From positions 29,723 through 93,722 of the forward strand of contig JAZRSA010000050.1 of assembly GCA_045651205.1 (NCBI GenBank): a stretch of DNA of 64,000 nt, read 5' to 3'. This document shows, in pieces, positions 27,986 through 37,809 of the stretch. The number at the start of each line of letters is the position of its first letter. The stretch's first letter is position 1. Under the pieces are notes generated by a model. The model saw nothing but the letters and a program-made list of their open reading frames with translations. It was not told where the DNA came from and searched no databases. This stretch comes from Clostridia bacterium (GTDB lineage Bacteria; Bacillota; Clostridia; TANB77; CAG-465). The position numbers were made by a program, and so were the translations under genes.

Positions 27986-29782
27986 ATGTGCGGAATTATA
28001 GGATACGCTTCAAAGAATTTAGATTCTTGTAGCGTTGCATTGTCATGCTTAAAAAACTTAGAATACAGAGGTTATGATTCCTCTGGTGTCGCTACTAGCG
28101 AACAGGGAAAAATCAATATGTATAAAGCGCAAGGAAAAATCGCTAATCTAGAAGATAAAATCAAATACAATGATATATTTGCTTCTACTGCTATTGCGCA
28201 TACAAGATGGGCTACACACGGAGAGCCAAGTGAGACTAACGCTCACCCACACAAAGTTGGGCACGTTACATTAGTGCATAACGGAATCATCGAAAACTAC
28301 TCAGATATTAAACAAGATTTATTATCTAAAGGAATGAATTTTGTTTCTGAAACAGATTCTGAAGTTGCATGTGGATACATTAATTATATGTATGAAAAAA
28401 CTGGAGATAAAATGGCAAGTATAAAAGCCGCTTGTGATGAATTTAGAGGTTCTTATGCTCTACCAATTATCTTTGACGATGAGCCAAATACAATTTATTC
28501 TGTTAGAAAAAACAGTCCATTAATTGTAGGTCTTAGCGATAACGGAAACTTTGTATCTTCTGACGTTTCTGCAATACTTAATTATACAAATAAGTATATG
28601 CTATTAGATAACGATGAATATGTTAAGGTTACAAACGATTCAGTTGAGATATTTGACTCTAATCTTAATAAAATAGATAAAGCAGTAGATACAGCTACTT
28701 GGAGTGCTGTGGAATACCAAAAGAATGGTTATGACCACTTCATGTTAAAAGAAATCTATGAACAACCTAAAGTTGTTAAAAACATATTAGGCAAGTTCTA
28801 TGATGATATAGACTTCACAAAATACGATAATATACACATCGTTGCTTGTGGTAGTGCTATGCATGCTGGTATGGTTGCTAAATACCTTTTAGAAAACAAC
28901 GCTAAAATTAGAACTACAGTAGAAATTGCATCTGAATACAGATACAAAGAAAATCTAATTACACCTTCTACTCTAGTTATAATAATATCTCAATCTGGTG
29001 AAACTGCAGATACATTAGCTGCACTACGTTTAGCAAAAGAACAAGGTGCATATGTTTTAGCTATTGTTAATGTTGTTGGTTCTTCTATCGCTCGTGAAGC
29101 AGATAAAACAATATACACTTATGCAGGTCCAGAAATAGCTGTTGCTACAACTAAAGGATATTCTTCACAAGTTGCTACATTAACAAACGTAGCTCTTACA
29201 ATAATGAAACAAAAAGGATTATTACAAGATTCTGTAATGGATGCATTCTATGAAGATGTAGAAAAAATAGAAACACTTGCAGAAGATTTAATTAATTCTA
29301 GAGATATGTATAAAGCTATAGCAAACAAGTTATATACTCACGAAAATGTATTATACATTGGTCGTGGCATAGATAGTGCAAGTTGTATGGAAGGTTCTCT
29401 AAAACTTAAAGAAATCTCTTACATACACTCAGAAGCGTATGCAGCAGGCGAATTAAAACACGGTACAATATCACTTGTAGATCAAGGAACACCTGTTATA
29501 ACTATCGCTACAGTAGACAATCTATATGAAAAAACAATAAGCAATCTAAAAGAAACAAAAGCTCGTGGGGCTTATACCCTACTAATAACTACAGAAAACC
29601 AAAATGTAGAAAATATAAAAGACTCATTAGATGATGTAATTATTCTACCTAAACTTTCTGAATTTTTACAATCACTACTTGTAGTTATTGTTCTTCAATT
29701 AATTGCTTACGAAACAGCTATACTAAGAGGCGCAGATATAGACAAACCTAAAAATCTTGCTAAATCTGTTACTGTTGAATAA
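27986..29782 (+). CDS. glmS: Glutamine--fructose-6-phosphate aminotransferase (isomerising)
   Basis: N-terminal MCGIIGY (Cys2 nucleophile), two SIS domains, C-terminal ...KPKNLAKSVTVE. Confidence 0.95.
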   Translation: MCGIIGYASKNLDSCSVALSCLKNLEYRGYDSSGVATSEQGKINMYKAQGKIANLEDKIKYNDIFASTAIAHTRWATHGEPSETNAHPHKVGHVTLVHNGIIENYSDIKQDLLSKGMNFVSETDSEVACGYINYMYEKTGDKMASIKAACDEFRGSYALPIIFDDEPNTIYSVRKNSPLIVGLSDNGNFVSSDVSAILNYTNKYMLLDNDEYVKVTNDSVEIFDSNLNKIDKAVDTATWSAVEYQKNGYDHFMLKEIYEQPKVVKNILGKFYDDIDFTKYDNIHIVACGSAMHAGMVAKYLLENNAKIRTTVEIASEYRYKENLITPSTLVIIISQSGETADTLAALRLAKEQGAYVLAIVNVVGSSIAREADKTIYTYAGPEIAVATTKGYSSQVATLTNVALTIMKQKGLLQDSVMDAFYEDVEKIETLAEDLINSRDMYKAIANKLYTHENVLYIGRGIDSASCMEGSLKLKEISYIHSEAYAAGELKHGTISLVDQGTPVITIATVDNLYEKTISNLKETKARGAYTLLITTENQNVENIKDSLDDVIILPKLSEFLQSLLVVIVLQLIAYETAILRGADIDKPKNLAKSVTVE

Positions 29783-29812
29783 TCCTTTTAGTATAAAAGC
29801 TAGAATATAGTA

Positions 29813-29840
29813 AAACCGAGTAAGATATCTTACTCGGTTT
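29813..29840. terminator. Bidirectional rho-independent terminator (aaaccgagtaaga tat cttactcggttt plus T-run)
   Basis: Read directly. Confidence 0.8.
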
Positions 29841-29873
29841 TATTTTTATATTTATTAATTATATTGACTAATT

Positions 29874-30887
29874 TCATTTTATTAAAGTAAAGTCTGTTGT
29901 TGTTCCAACTTTGGCAAGTATACTTGCTTTTAAACAAATAACCGGTTGTACTTCTTTACTAGCAGTATATCCTGCGTATGCTAATTCGCTTGATGAAAAA
30001 CTCATTACTCCGCTTAAAGAAGAATATACAGGCGAAGCCATCCATACATAGTTGTTCTTTGATACATATGGTTTTTTACCATTTATTCCACCGATGCTTG
30101 CTCCACCATTTATTTTATACCCCAATGGTCCCAATGTTATTTCTATTTTAGGTTGATATCCTTTTGCATTCCATCCTGCCACTAGCAATTCTATAGTTGG
30201 TCCACCTATTGCTCCCACTACATTTTCGCCATAAGTCTCTGCATTTGCGAAATTAGAATAGTCTTTTATTAGTTTAACTACCGCCTTACTACTGTTAGCA
30301 TCATTATTACTTATTCTATCTGCTAAAATGAATTTTTCAAACTCTCCAACTCTAAATATATCATATAGTTCTTTTTCTTTTTCTGTTAAATCAGTTACTG
30401 AATAATTTGTAATCAAATCTGTATTGCCAACATTTTCTGCTGAAATTAAATATACATATTCGCTATTATGATAATATATTTCCCATTTGTCATACTTTGT
30501 TCCATCGACTGTAACAACATAATCTACTGTATCACCATAATTATCTGGTGTTATCAAAGAACCTAATGGTTGAATAGAAGTTTTATTTATAACATCTACT
30601 CCGTTTTCAGTTACTATTATATTCCATTTATCTTCTGTAACTCCTTGATTTGCAAGTTCTTGTTTTACAATTGTTGTAATATTATTTTTCTTTGCCTCAT
30701 CTAAATATGCATCCATCCATATTATTGTAGCTAATTCTTGCACCTGCTTTTCATTGTTTAAATCAACCCCTTGATTTGCTTTATTTATTATATTTGTGTT
30801 ACTTAATGTAATTACTACACTTGCTGCTAATATTATCATTACTATTATTGTTATAACTAATACTATTAACGATATTCCTCTTTTCAT
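29874..30887 (-). CDS. Pilin-like N-terminal domain protein, paralogue B (337 aa)
   Basis: N-terminus MKRGISLIVLVITIIVMIILAASVVI parallels the type IV prepilin signal (G-F-T-L-I-E-L...ILAA) but has Val at +5. The mature region is homologous to 37138..37728. Confidence 0.55.
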   Translation of the reverse strand: MKRGISLIVLVITIIVMIILAASVVITLSNTNIINKANQGVDLNNEKQVQELATIIWMDAYLDEAKKNNITTIVKQELANQGVTEDKWNIIVTENGVDVINKTSIQPLGSLITPDNYGDTVDYVVTVDGTKYDKWEIYYHNSEYVYLISAENVGNTDLITNYSVTDLTEKEKELYDIFRVGEFEKFILADRISNNDANSSKAVVKLIKDYSNFANAETYGENVVGAIGGPTIELLVAGWNAKGYQPKIEITLGPLGYKINGGASIGGINGKKPYVSKNNYVWMASPVYSSLSGVMSFSSSELAYAGYTASKEVQPVICLKASILAKVGTTTDFTLIK

Positions 30888-30960
30888 CTTTTGTTCTCCT
30901 ATAAAAAATATGTTATATACGAATAATATAACATATTTCTATTTATTTCAATATTTAATT

Positions 30961-33042
30961 TTAATACTTTACACTTGGCACTAATACTTCATTTACCTCT
31001 TTATTTACATTTTCGTTAGATATATCAAAATATTCTTCAAGTATTGGTTTTACTATATTTGCAACAGCTGTACCAGAATCTCCGTGTTCTACTATTGCTA
31101 CTACTGCTATTTGTGGGTTTTCTATTGGAGCAAATCCAACGAATACACCGTTAGGATGTCCACTAGATACTTGTGCAGTTCCTGTTTTTCCTGCTACTTC
31201 TATATCCGAATTCTTAAATACTATGTAAGATGTACCACCTTGTTCTGATGTAACAGACTTCATTCCTTCTACTACTGCATCAACATGTTTTTGATTCAAG
31301 TTTAATTTAGTAGATATGAACTTGTATCCTGTTACTTTTTCTATATGTGTAAGTAAGTCTTCAGAACTCACATATTCATCTTCTGCATTCACAACATTCT
31401 TTATCAATGTTGCTCTATTTAACGTTCCACCATTTGCAAGTGTTGCTATGTAGTTTGCAAGTTGTACAGGTGTAAACGAGTTATATGATTGTCCAATAAC
31501 TGCAGATAATGTATCTCCTAGATACCAATCCATATTTTTGTTAGCCCCTGCAATCATACCTTTGGATTCACCATAAAGTTCTACTCCAGTCTTATTTCCA
31601 AGTCCAAACATTTGGCAGTACTTAACAAGGTTATCTATTCCCATTCTTCTTCCTACTTCATAGAAGAAGCAGTTACAAGATACTTTTATTGCATCACTTA
31701 CATTTACCCAACCATGAGTTCTTCCATAGTATGAATAAACCCAACACATTGGATGGTTTGCATATTCGTATCTACCATTTGCTTTTATCTTTTCTGTTAT
31801 TGTTATTACCTTGCTATCTAATCCAGCAAGTGCACTTAACATCTTGAATGTTGAACCTGGTGAGTACGTTCCAGATATTGCCCTATTAAACATAGGCTTA
31901 CTTGTGTTGGCCATTATCTTTTTCCAAGAACTATATTTTATTCCAGATACAAATTCATTTGGATCAAACGTAGGATAACTTGCCATAGCAAGTATCTCTG
32001 AGCTATTTACATCTATAGCTACAACTACGCCAGATGTGGCATCAGATTTTTTAGAATAACCCGGTGCACCAGTTCTAATATTATCTATAATTTTCTTAAG
32101 ATTCTTTTCTGCCACTTGTTGTAATCTATAGTCTATTGTTAAAGTAACATTGTTACCAGAGTCCGCCTCTTTGTATATATACTCTCCAGCGATTTCACCT
32201 TCTGCATCAACTTCAGTTCTTTTAATACCATTGCTTCCCTTTAAGAAAGCTTCCATAGTAGTTTCTATACCCATTTTACCAATTATACTGTTATATGTGT
32301 AACCTTCATCTTTTAGATCTTTATATTCTTCACTACTAATTTTACTTACATAACCCAAAAGATGTGCTGCAATTGTTCCATATGGATAATATCTTTTAGA
32401 GTTAACATTTATCTCTATTCCTGGCAATTCACTCTTTAACTCTTCTATCATAGCCATTGAGTTATATGATATATCCTTTGCTAAAGTTACAGACCTAAAC
32501 AATGAAAATGGATTTGTTCCTATTTCATATCTTAATGCTACAAGTTTATTCTTAATCTCATTTGTTATATTTAGTTTATTTAGATCGTACTTAATGTATA
32601 AATATTCTAGAATCTCTACTGTTGTACTTTTTGAATCTATCTCATAAGTTTCGCAGATTTTTTCTTTATCTTCGTCACTATAGAATTCATTATCTTCCAT
32701 TGGAAAAGATGATGTGTATTCATCTTTATTTTGTTCTAATATATTTAATAACTTAAGTAATGTATTATTTAAATTTTCATCCCCTACTTTAAATATTTCT
32801 ACATCATATGCAAGTTTACTTGTTGCAAGAACAACGCCATTTCTATCATAAATTTCACCACGTGGCGCTTCTATTGTTGTTTCTCTTAACATTTTCTTTT
32901 CTGATTGTTCCCTATAACTTGCACCATTTATTATTTGTAAATCTACTAAACGGAAAGCAAAAACAATCCCAATAATTACTACTAGGATTTTTAATATTAA
33001 TATTCTGTTTTCAAAAAAATTAACATTAACTTTAAATTTCAC
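30961..33042 (-). CDS. Class B penicillin-binding protein (PBP2/MrdA-type peptidoglycan D,D-transpeptidase)
   Basis: N-terminal TM anchor plus dimerisation domain. Transpeptidase motifs STFK, SCN, KTGT. Immediately downstream of mreBCD. Confidence 0.9.
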   Translation of the reverse strand: MKFKVNVNFFENRILILKILVVIIGIVFAFRLVDLQIINGASYREQSEKKMLRETTIEAPRGEIYDRNGVVLATSKLAYDVEIFKVGDENLNNTLLKLLNILEQNKDEYTSSFPMEDNEFYSDEDKEKICETYEIDSKSTTVEILEYLYIKYDLNKLNITNEIKNKLVALRYEIGTNPFSLFRSVTLAKDISYNSMAMIEELKSELPGIEINVNSKRYYPYGTIAAHLLGYVSKISSEEYKDLKDEGYTYNSIIGKMGIETTMEAFLKGSNGIKRTEVDAEGEIAGEYIYKEADSGNNVTLTIDYRLQQVAEKNLKKIIDNIRTGAPGYSKKSDATSGVVVAIDVNSSEILAMASYPTFDPNEFVSGIKYSSWKKIMANTSKPMFNRAISGTYSPGSTFKMLSALAGLDSKVITITEKIKANGRYEYANHPMCWVYSYYGRTHGWVNVSDAIKVSCNCFFYEVGRRMGIDNLVKYCQMFGLGNKTGVELYGESKGMIAGANKNMDWYLGDTLSAVIGQSYNSFTPVQLANYIATLANGGTLNRATLIKNVVNAEDEYVSSEDLLTHIEKVTGYKFISTKLNLNQKHVDAVVEGMKSVTSEQGGTSYIVFKNSDIEVAGKTGTAQVSSGHPNGVFVGFAPIENPQIAVVAIVEHGDSGTAVANIVKPILEEYFDISNENVNKEVNEVLVPSVKY

Positions 33043-33047
33043 GTTTA

Positions 33048-33548
33048 TTACTCCATACCTTTATTTATTTTTGCTAGAATAAAGAACAATATATATGCTG
33101 CTAATATGTTTACTATAACAGATTTTAGCAATGCTATTAATATTGCTATTACTCCAATTGTTAACCCTGCGGTAAATATATTTATTAACAGCGTTAACAC
33201 CTCAAAAACAAGAATACCTATTGTTGTATATACAGCAACAGAAAAAGGTGTATCTTGTTTATATACATTTTTCATACTTTCTAAAATTATACTTAAAAGT
33301 ACAAATATTACTAAATATTTAGCTAGTGTATGCCCTAATAATAAATCCGAAATTATACCCGCTATCATAGACAAGTATACGTGTCTTTTAAATGAGTTTA
33401 CCATTATTGTTACTATTACAAAGCATGCGACTAAATTAAATTTAGCACCAAACAATTCTGTATTATTGAAAGTTTTAAATTGCCAAACACATATTATTAA
33501 TAATATTAATATATTTAGAATGTATGTTAATATTTTCTTTAACATCAA
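33048..33548 (-). CDS. mreD: Rod shape-determining protein MreD
   Basis: 166-aa polytopic membrane protein directly after mreC. Confidence 0.7.
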   Translation of the reverse strand: MMLKKILTYILNILILLIICVWQFKTFNNTELFGAKFNLVACFVIVTIMVNSFKRHVYLSMIAGIISDLLLGHTLAKYLVIFVLLSIILESMKNVYKQDTPFSVAVYTTIGILVFEVLTLLINIFTAGLTIGVIAILIALLKSVIVNILAAYILFFILAKINKGME

Positions 33549-33554
33549 ACTCCC

Positions 33555-34397
33555 CTACTTTACTATTATTCCTACCATATCTAGAGAATCTAAATTAACA
33601 AAAGTCTCTACTATAGCATATCTATCTATTTCATTCTTCCTATTTTTAATGCTCTTTATTATTCCTACAGGAATACCTTTTTTATATAAACCACCAATAC
33701 CTGTTGTATATACTTTCTCGCCTTCGGCAAGTTCTGTATCTATTGGTATATTTACAAGTTTTACTGTATGACTTCCTGTTAAGCTGTATTCTCCTTTTAT
33801 TAAAGCAAGTTTGTTTATATTTGAAATTTGCACACTTACAGAAGTTCCTGGCTCAAGTATAGTTGTAACTGTACTTGTTGTTTCATTTACTTCTGAAATA
33901 TATCCAACTAAACCTTGTTCTGCAATTACAGTTTGTCTTTTTTCTATTCCGTCTTTAGAACCTTTATTTATTACAAATGTTTCATTCCAAGTTTCATAAT
34001 TTCTTGAAATTATATTTGCATAAACTTTTTCAAAGTGACTATAATTTTCTTCTATTTTTAGAAGATCTCTTAAATCTTCATTTTCTACTTCTAAAGCATC
34101 TATTTCTATTTGTAATTGCTTCGCTTTAGTTAATTCTTCTTCTAATTGTGCTATCTTTTTATTTAACTTTTTAGTGTTACCAAAGAAAGAAGTTCCATCT
34201 TTAAATACTCCAGCTATAGTTCCTGTTACTCCATCTACAAACCCAACTACAGTAGATGAAACTTTAGTCATAAAAGGAACCTTAAGAATAGCTAGTAAAT
34301 AAATTGATATAATTACGCAAACACACGTAATTATACCAATTAATAGTTTATTCTTTTTTTCTTTTCTTCTTTGCTTGGCATCCCTCATGTAATTCAT
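33555..34397 (-). CDS. mreC: Rod shape-determining protein MreC
   Basis: N-terminal TM helix, coiled coil (LEEELTKAKQLQIEIDALEVENEDLRDLL), C-terminal beta-domain GLVGYISEV. Confidence 0.85.
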   Translation of the reverse strand: MNYMRDAKQRRKEKKNKLLIGIITCVCVIISIYLLAILKVPFMTKVSSTVVGFVDGVTGTIAGVFKDGTSFFGNTKKLNKKIAQLEEELTKAKQLQIEIDALEVENEDLRDLLKIEENYSHFEKVYANIISRNYETWNETFVINKGSKDGIEKRQTVIAEQGLVGYISEVNETTSTVTTILEPGTSVSVQISNINKLALIKGEYSLTGSHTVKLVNIPIDTELAEGEKVYTTGIGGLYKKGIPVGIIKSIKNRKNEIDRYAIVETFVNLDSLDMVGIIVK

Positions 34398-34408
34398 AGT
34401 TATGCTCC

Positions 34409-35425
34409 TTATTTTCTTCTTGTTTTAATAGATTTCTTTAGTACCTCTATATTTGATAATGCGCTTCCAACTCCTCTTGCAACACATTCTAAAGGATTGT
34501 TTGCAATATATACTGGAATTCCTATTCTATCTGATATATATCTATCTATATTTTTAATATATGCTCCTCCACCACAAACAGCAATACCTTTTTCCATAAT
34601 ATCTGCCGCAAGCTCTGGTGGTGTTTTTTCTAATGTTATGTTTATAACCTTTATAATTTCTTCAAGTATTCTTTTCATCGCAGTTTCAATATCTGATGTT
34701 GTTACAGTTATTGTATCTGGAAGACCTGTTGTTAAGTTTCTTCCTTTTACTTGCATTCTTTCTTCTGTCATTGATGAGAATGCAGCTCCAATTGTATTTT
34801 TAATTTCTTCTGCAACATTGTCTCCAATTAATACATCAAATTTATTTTTAACATACTCTATTATATCTTTATCTAAATCGTCTCCAGCTGTACGAATAGC
34901 ATTTGAAATTACTATTCCTCCTAAAGATATAACCGCTACTTCTGTAATTCCACCGCCAATATCTATTACCATAGCCCCTTCAGGACTATCCACTTTAATA
35001 CCAGCACCTATGGCTGCTGCCATAGCTTCTTCCATTACATATACTTCTTTAGCGCCAGAAAGATATGCTGTTTCTTCTACAGCTCTTTCTTCTACATCTG
35101 TAACTCCAGATGGTACACATATTACTACACGTGGTTTAGATAATACGCTTTTGTTTGTACATTTTTTAATGAATTCTTCAAGCATCATTCTTGTACCATA
35201 GAAGTTTGCGATTACTCCACCTTTAAGTGGTTTAACTGCAAGAATATTATCTGGTGTTCTACCAAGCATTTCTTTAGCAACATTACCAACTGCTAAAACA
35301 TCACCTGTTACATCATTAATTGCAACAACTGTTGGTTCTCTAAGCACTATCCCTTCACCTTTAACATATATTTGTGTTGTTGATGTTCCTAAATCTATTC
35401 CTATGTCTTTTGCCATCAGTTTCAT
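34409..35425 (-). CDS. mreB: Rod shape-determining protein MreB (actin homologue)
   Basis: DIGIDLGTSTTQIYVKGEGIVLREPTVVA and the remaining actin-fold motifs. Confidence 0.95.
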   Translation of the reverse strand: MKLMAKDIGIDLGTSTTQIYVKGEGIVLREPTVVAINDVTGDVLAVGNVAKEMLGRTPDNILAVKPLKGGVIANFYGTRMMLEEFIKKCTNKSVLSKPRVVICVPSGVTDVEERAVEETAYLSGAKEVYVMEEAMAAAIGAGIKVDSPEGAMVIDIGGGITEVAVISLGGIVISNAIRTAGDDLDKDIIEYVKNKFDVLIGDNVAEEIKNTIGAAFSSMTEERMQVKGRNLTTGLPDTITVTTSDIETAMKRILEEIIKVINITLEKTPPELAADIMEKGIAVCGGGAYIKNIDRYISDRIGIPVYIANNPLECVARGVGSALSNIEVLKKSIKTRRK

Positions 35426-36144
35426 AATATTCTCCCTCCTATAAATAGCTCATTATTTGTTTCTTTTATACTTGTATATCCATTAGCTCCAATTATTATA
35501 TGATCTAATACTGTAATATCAAAAAGAGACGCATAGTCTATAATCTTTCTTGTTAAAAGTATATCTTGTCTACTTGGAGTGGTGTCTCCACTCGGATGAT
35601 TATGTACTAACACTATAGAACTTGCAAGTTGTTTTATTGGTTCACTTAATATTTCTTTAGGTGATACCATAGATTTGTTAGTCGCTCCCATACTTACTGT
35701 TATTACAGATTTAACATATGCTTTAGCATCTAACAATACAACTTTAGCCATTTCGACTCTAGCTTCTTTAAGTTCAGTAGATAACATATCATATATTTGC
35801 TTTGGGCCAGTTATCTTTATTTTTGTTTCGTTTAATTTATTACTATTTATTCTTTTAGCAAGTTCTAGTACAGCTTTAATTTGTATAGCTTTTACTCTAC
35901 CAATTCCAGGAACTGTTATAAGTTCAGCTATAGAAGCTTCTTCTAAATATTTAAATCCAGCATGGCCATTCTCATGATTAGTTAAAAGAATTCTTGCTAC
36001 ATCTACCGAGTTTAAATCTTTAGTTCCAGATTTTATAATAATTGCTAAAAGCTCTGCATCCGTAAGTACTAAGCTACCATACTTTTCAAATTTCTCGTAC
36101 GGCCTGTCCTCTAGAGGTATATTCTTAATACTTAATTTATCCAC
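35422..36144 (-). CDS. radC: RadC-like JAB-domain protein (UPF0758)
   Basis: HhH N-terminus and JAMM motif HNHPSGD. radC-mreB adjacency is conserved. Confidence 0.85.
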   Translation of the reverse strand: MDKLSIKNIPLEDRPYEKFEKYGSLVLTDAELLAIIIKSGTKDLNSVDVARILLTNHENGHAGFKYLEEASIAELITVPGIGRVKAIQIKAVLELAKRINSNKLNETKIKITGPKQIYDMLSTELKEARVEMAKVVLLDAKAYVKSVITVSMGATNKSMVSPKEILSEPIKQLASSIVLVHNHPSGDTTPSRQDILLTRKIIDYASLFDITVLDHIIIGANGYTSIKETNNELFIGGRIL

Positions 36145-36147
36145 TTA

Positions 36148-36447
36148 TTACACTTTCTTTACTATAATTAGTGCAATTACAAGACCAATTATAGATGCTA
36201 TATTTAAATTCATCATAAAGCCAAAAGTTAATTCTATTATACTTAAATCTAGCTTTATTGGAGCTGTTAGTCCTAGTGATTTACCATATGATAAAAAGCT
36301 TAACGCTGGTACACTCGAAGCCAATGTTCCTAAAAATCCCCCAATAATTATCCCAGAAAAAACTATTAATGTTTTAATAAGATTTTTCATTGTTTCCTCC
36401 TTAGTTTTACACGTCATCATTATATAACGAAAACCCAAATATTTCAA
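36148..36447 (-). CDS. Small membrane protein (possibly DUF4321-like)
   Basis: 99 aa with two hydrophobic helices. Upstream of radC in the same orientation. Confidence 0.4.
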   Translation of the reverse strand: MKYLGFRYIMMTCKTKEETMKNLIKTLIVFSGIIIGGFLGTLASSVPALSFLSYGKSLGLTAPIKLDLSIIELTFGFMMNLNIASIIGLVIALIIVKKV

Positions 36448-36558
36448 CTATATTACAAAAATATGTCATTAAATTTTTAGACAAAATCTTGCACTATTCT
36501 ACATTTGCTTTTTATCTAAAATTGTAGTAAAATATTGTCATCGAAATGAGGTAATATT

Positions 36559-37080
36559 ATGGGTAAAAAAATAGATTTAGAAAAAGAACAAGAAAGATTA
36601 AAAAAGCTAAAAGAAAAAGCTGAAAAGAAATCTAAAGGCTTTATTGCAGAGTTTAAACAATTTGCTACTAAAGGCAACGTAATAGACATGGCTATTGGTG
36701 TTATTATCGGTACTGCGTTTACTAAAATAGTAAACTCGCTTGTAAACGATGTAATAACTCCATCACTATCTATCCTTACAGGAAAAATAGATTTCTCAAG
36801 CCTATTTGTTTCATTAGATGGATTAACATATGAATCTGTAGAGGCTGCTAAAGAAGCTGGCGCAACAGTAATAAATTACGGCCAATTCTTAACTAACATA
36901 GTAGACTTTTTAATGGTTGCACTATGCTTATTTATATTCTTTAAAGTATTCTTTAAAGCAAAACGCAAAAAAGAAGAAGCTCCAAAACCAGTTACTACTA
37001 AAAAATGTCCATACTGCTTAAGCGAAATACCACTAGAAGCAACACGTTGTGCACATTGTACATCTGAATTAAAAGAATAA
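36559..37080 (+). CDS. mscL: Large-conductance mechanosensitive channel with C-terminal Cys4 zinc-ribbon extension
   Basis: GNVIDMAIGVIIGTAFTKIVNSLVNDVITP matches the MscL TM1 signature. Extra C-terminal KKCPYCLSEIPLEATRCAHCTSEL. Confidence 0.85.
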   Translation: MGKKIDLEKEQERLKKLKEKAEKKSKGFIAEFKQFATKGNVIDMAIGVIIGTAFTKIVNSLVNDVITPSLSILTGKIDFSSLFVSLDGLTYESVEAAKEAGATVINYGQFLTNIVDFLMVALCLFIFFKVFFKAKRKKEEAPKPVTTKKCPYCLSEIPLEATRCAHCTSELKE

Positions 37081-37101
37081 TTAATATATAACTCATAAAA
37101 A

Positions 37102-37130
37102 AAGAATCAATCCAATAAAGATTGATTCTT
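37102..37130. terminator. Bidirectional terminator (aagaatcaatc ... gattgattctt plus TTTT)
   Basis: Read directly. Lies between convergent mscL and the pilin-like gene. Confidence 0.75.
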
Positions 37131-37137
37131 TTTACTA

Positions 37138-37728
37138 TTAAAAATCCTCAGCGGAAGCTTTTGGAACATAATTTCCAGCTACGATTTCTTCATTCATATA
37201 AAAACTTTTTTGTGTAGTTTCTTCAACCATTGGCCACCCACCCGGTGTATAAACGTTAATATTTGTATCGTCCGGACTCATTACAAATTCATATTGTAAT
37301 TTTTTCCCTTCTCCATACCATATAAAATCATACCATGTTGTTCCTTTATCGACGGTATACTCCACATTCAAAAATGTAAATGTAACTTTCTCCGCTGATG
37401 TATTATTTTTAGATGTAACCACAACACCTGTGTCAGATACTGTTATATTCCAATTTGTATCTGTTATACCTTGTGCTGCAAGAGCATCTTTAACAGCCTT
37501 TTCCATTGTATCTGTTCTAGACTCATCTAAATAAGCTTCCGCCCAAGCTAATGCCGCTAAATCTTGTACCTGCTTTTCATCTGTAAGTTGTACTGCTTGA
37601 CCAGCTCTGTCTATAATTCCATTATTACTCATAGCTATAACAACAGCCGCTGCCAATATTATCATTACTATTATTGTTATTACTAAAACTATTAAACTTA
37701 TTCCCTTTTTCATTAGTTTAACCTCCAT
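37138..37728 (-). CDS. Pilin-like N-terminal domain protein, paralogue C (196 aa)
   Basis: MKKGISLIVLVITIIVMIILAAAVVIAM, then DEKQVQDLAALAWAEAYLDES, homologous to paralogue B. Confidence 0.55.
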   Translation of the reverse strand: MEVKLMKKGISLIVLVITIIVMIILAAAVVIAMSNNGIIDRAGQAVQLTDEKQVQDLAALAWAEAYLDESRTDTMEKAVKDALAAQGITDTNWNITVSDTGVVVTSKNNTSAEKVTFTFLNVEYTVDKGTTWYDFIWYGEGKKLQYEFVMSPDDTNINVYTPGGWPMVEETTQKSFYMNEEIVAGNYVPKASAEDF

Positions 37729-37809
37729 ATATATTTAGTCTATTACAAAACATATTTTTAAGCAATACATATATAAAAAAAGCATCATTTTTTGATGCTT
37801 TTTGTTTCT

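Noticed and set aside
33106-35201. Long plus-strand ORFs (221 aa and 276 aa) antisense to mreD/mreC/mreB
   Set aside because: They are shadow ORFs on the opposite strand of strongly supported conserved genes. Low-complexity Ile/Ser/Thr-rich translations are typical of antisense AT-rich coding DNA.
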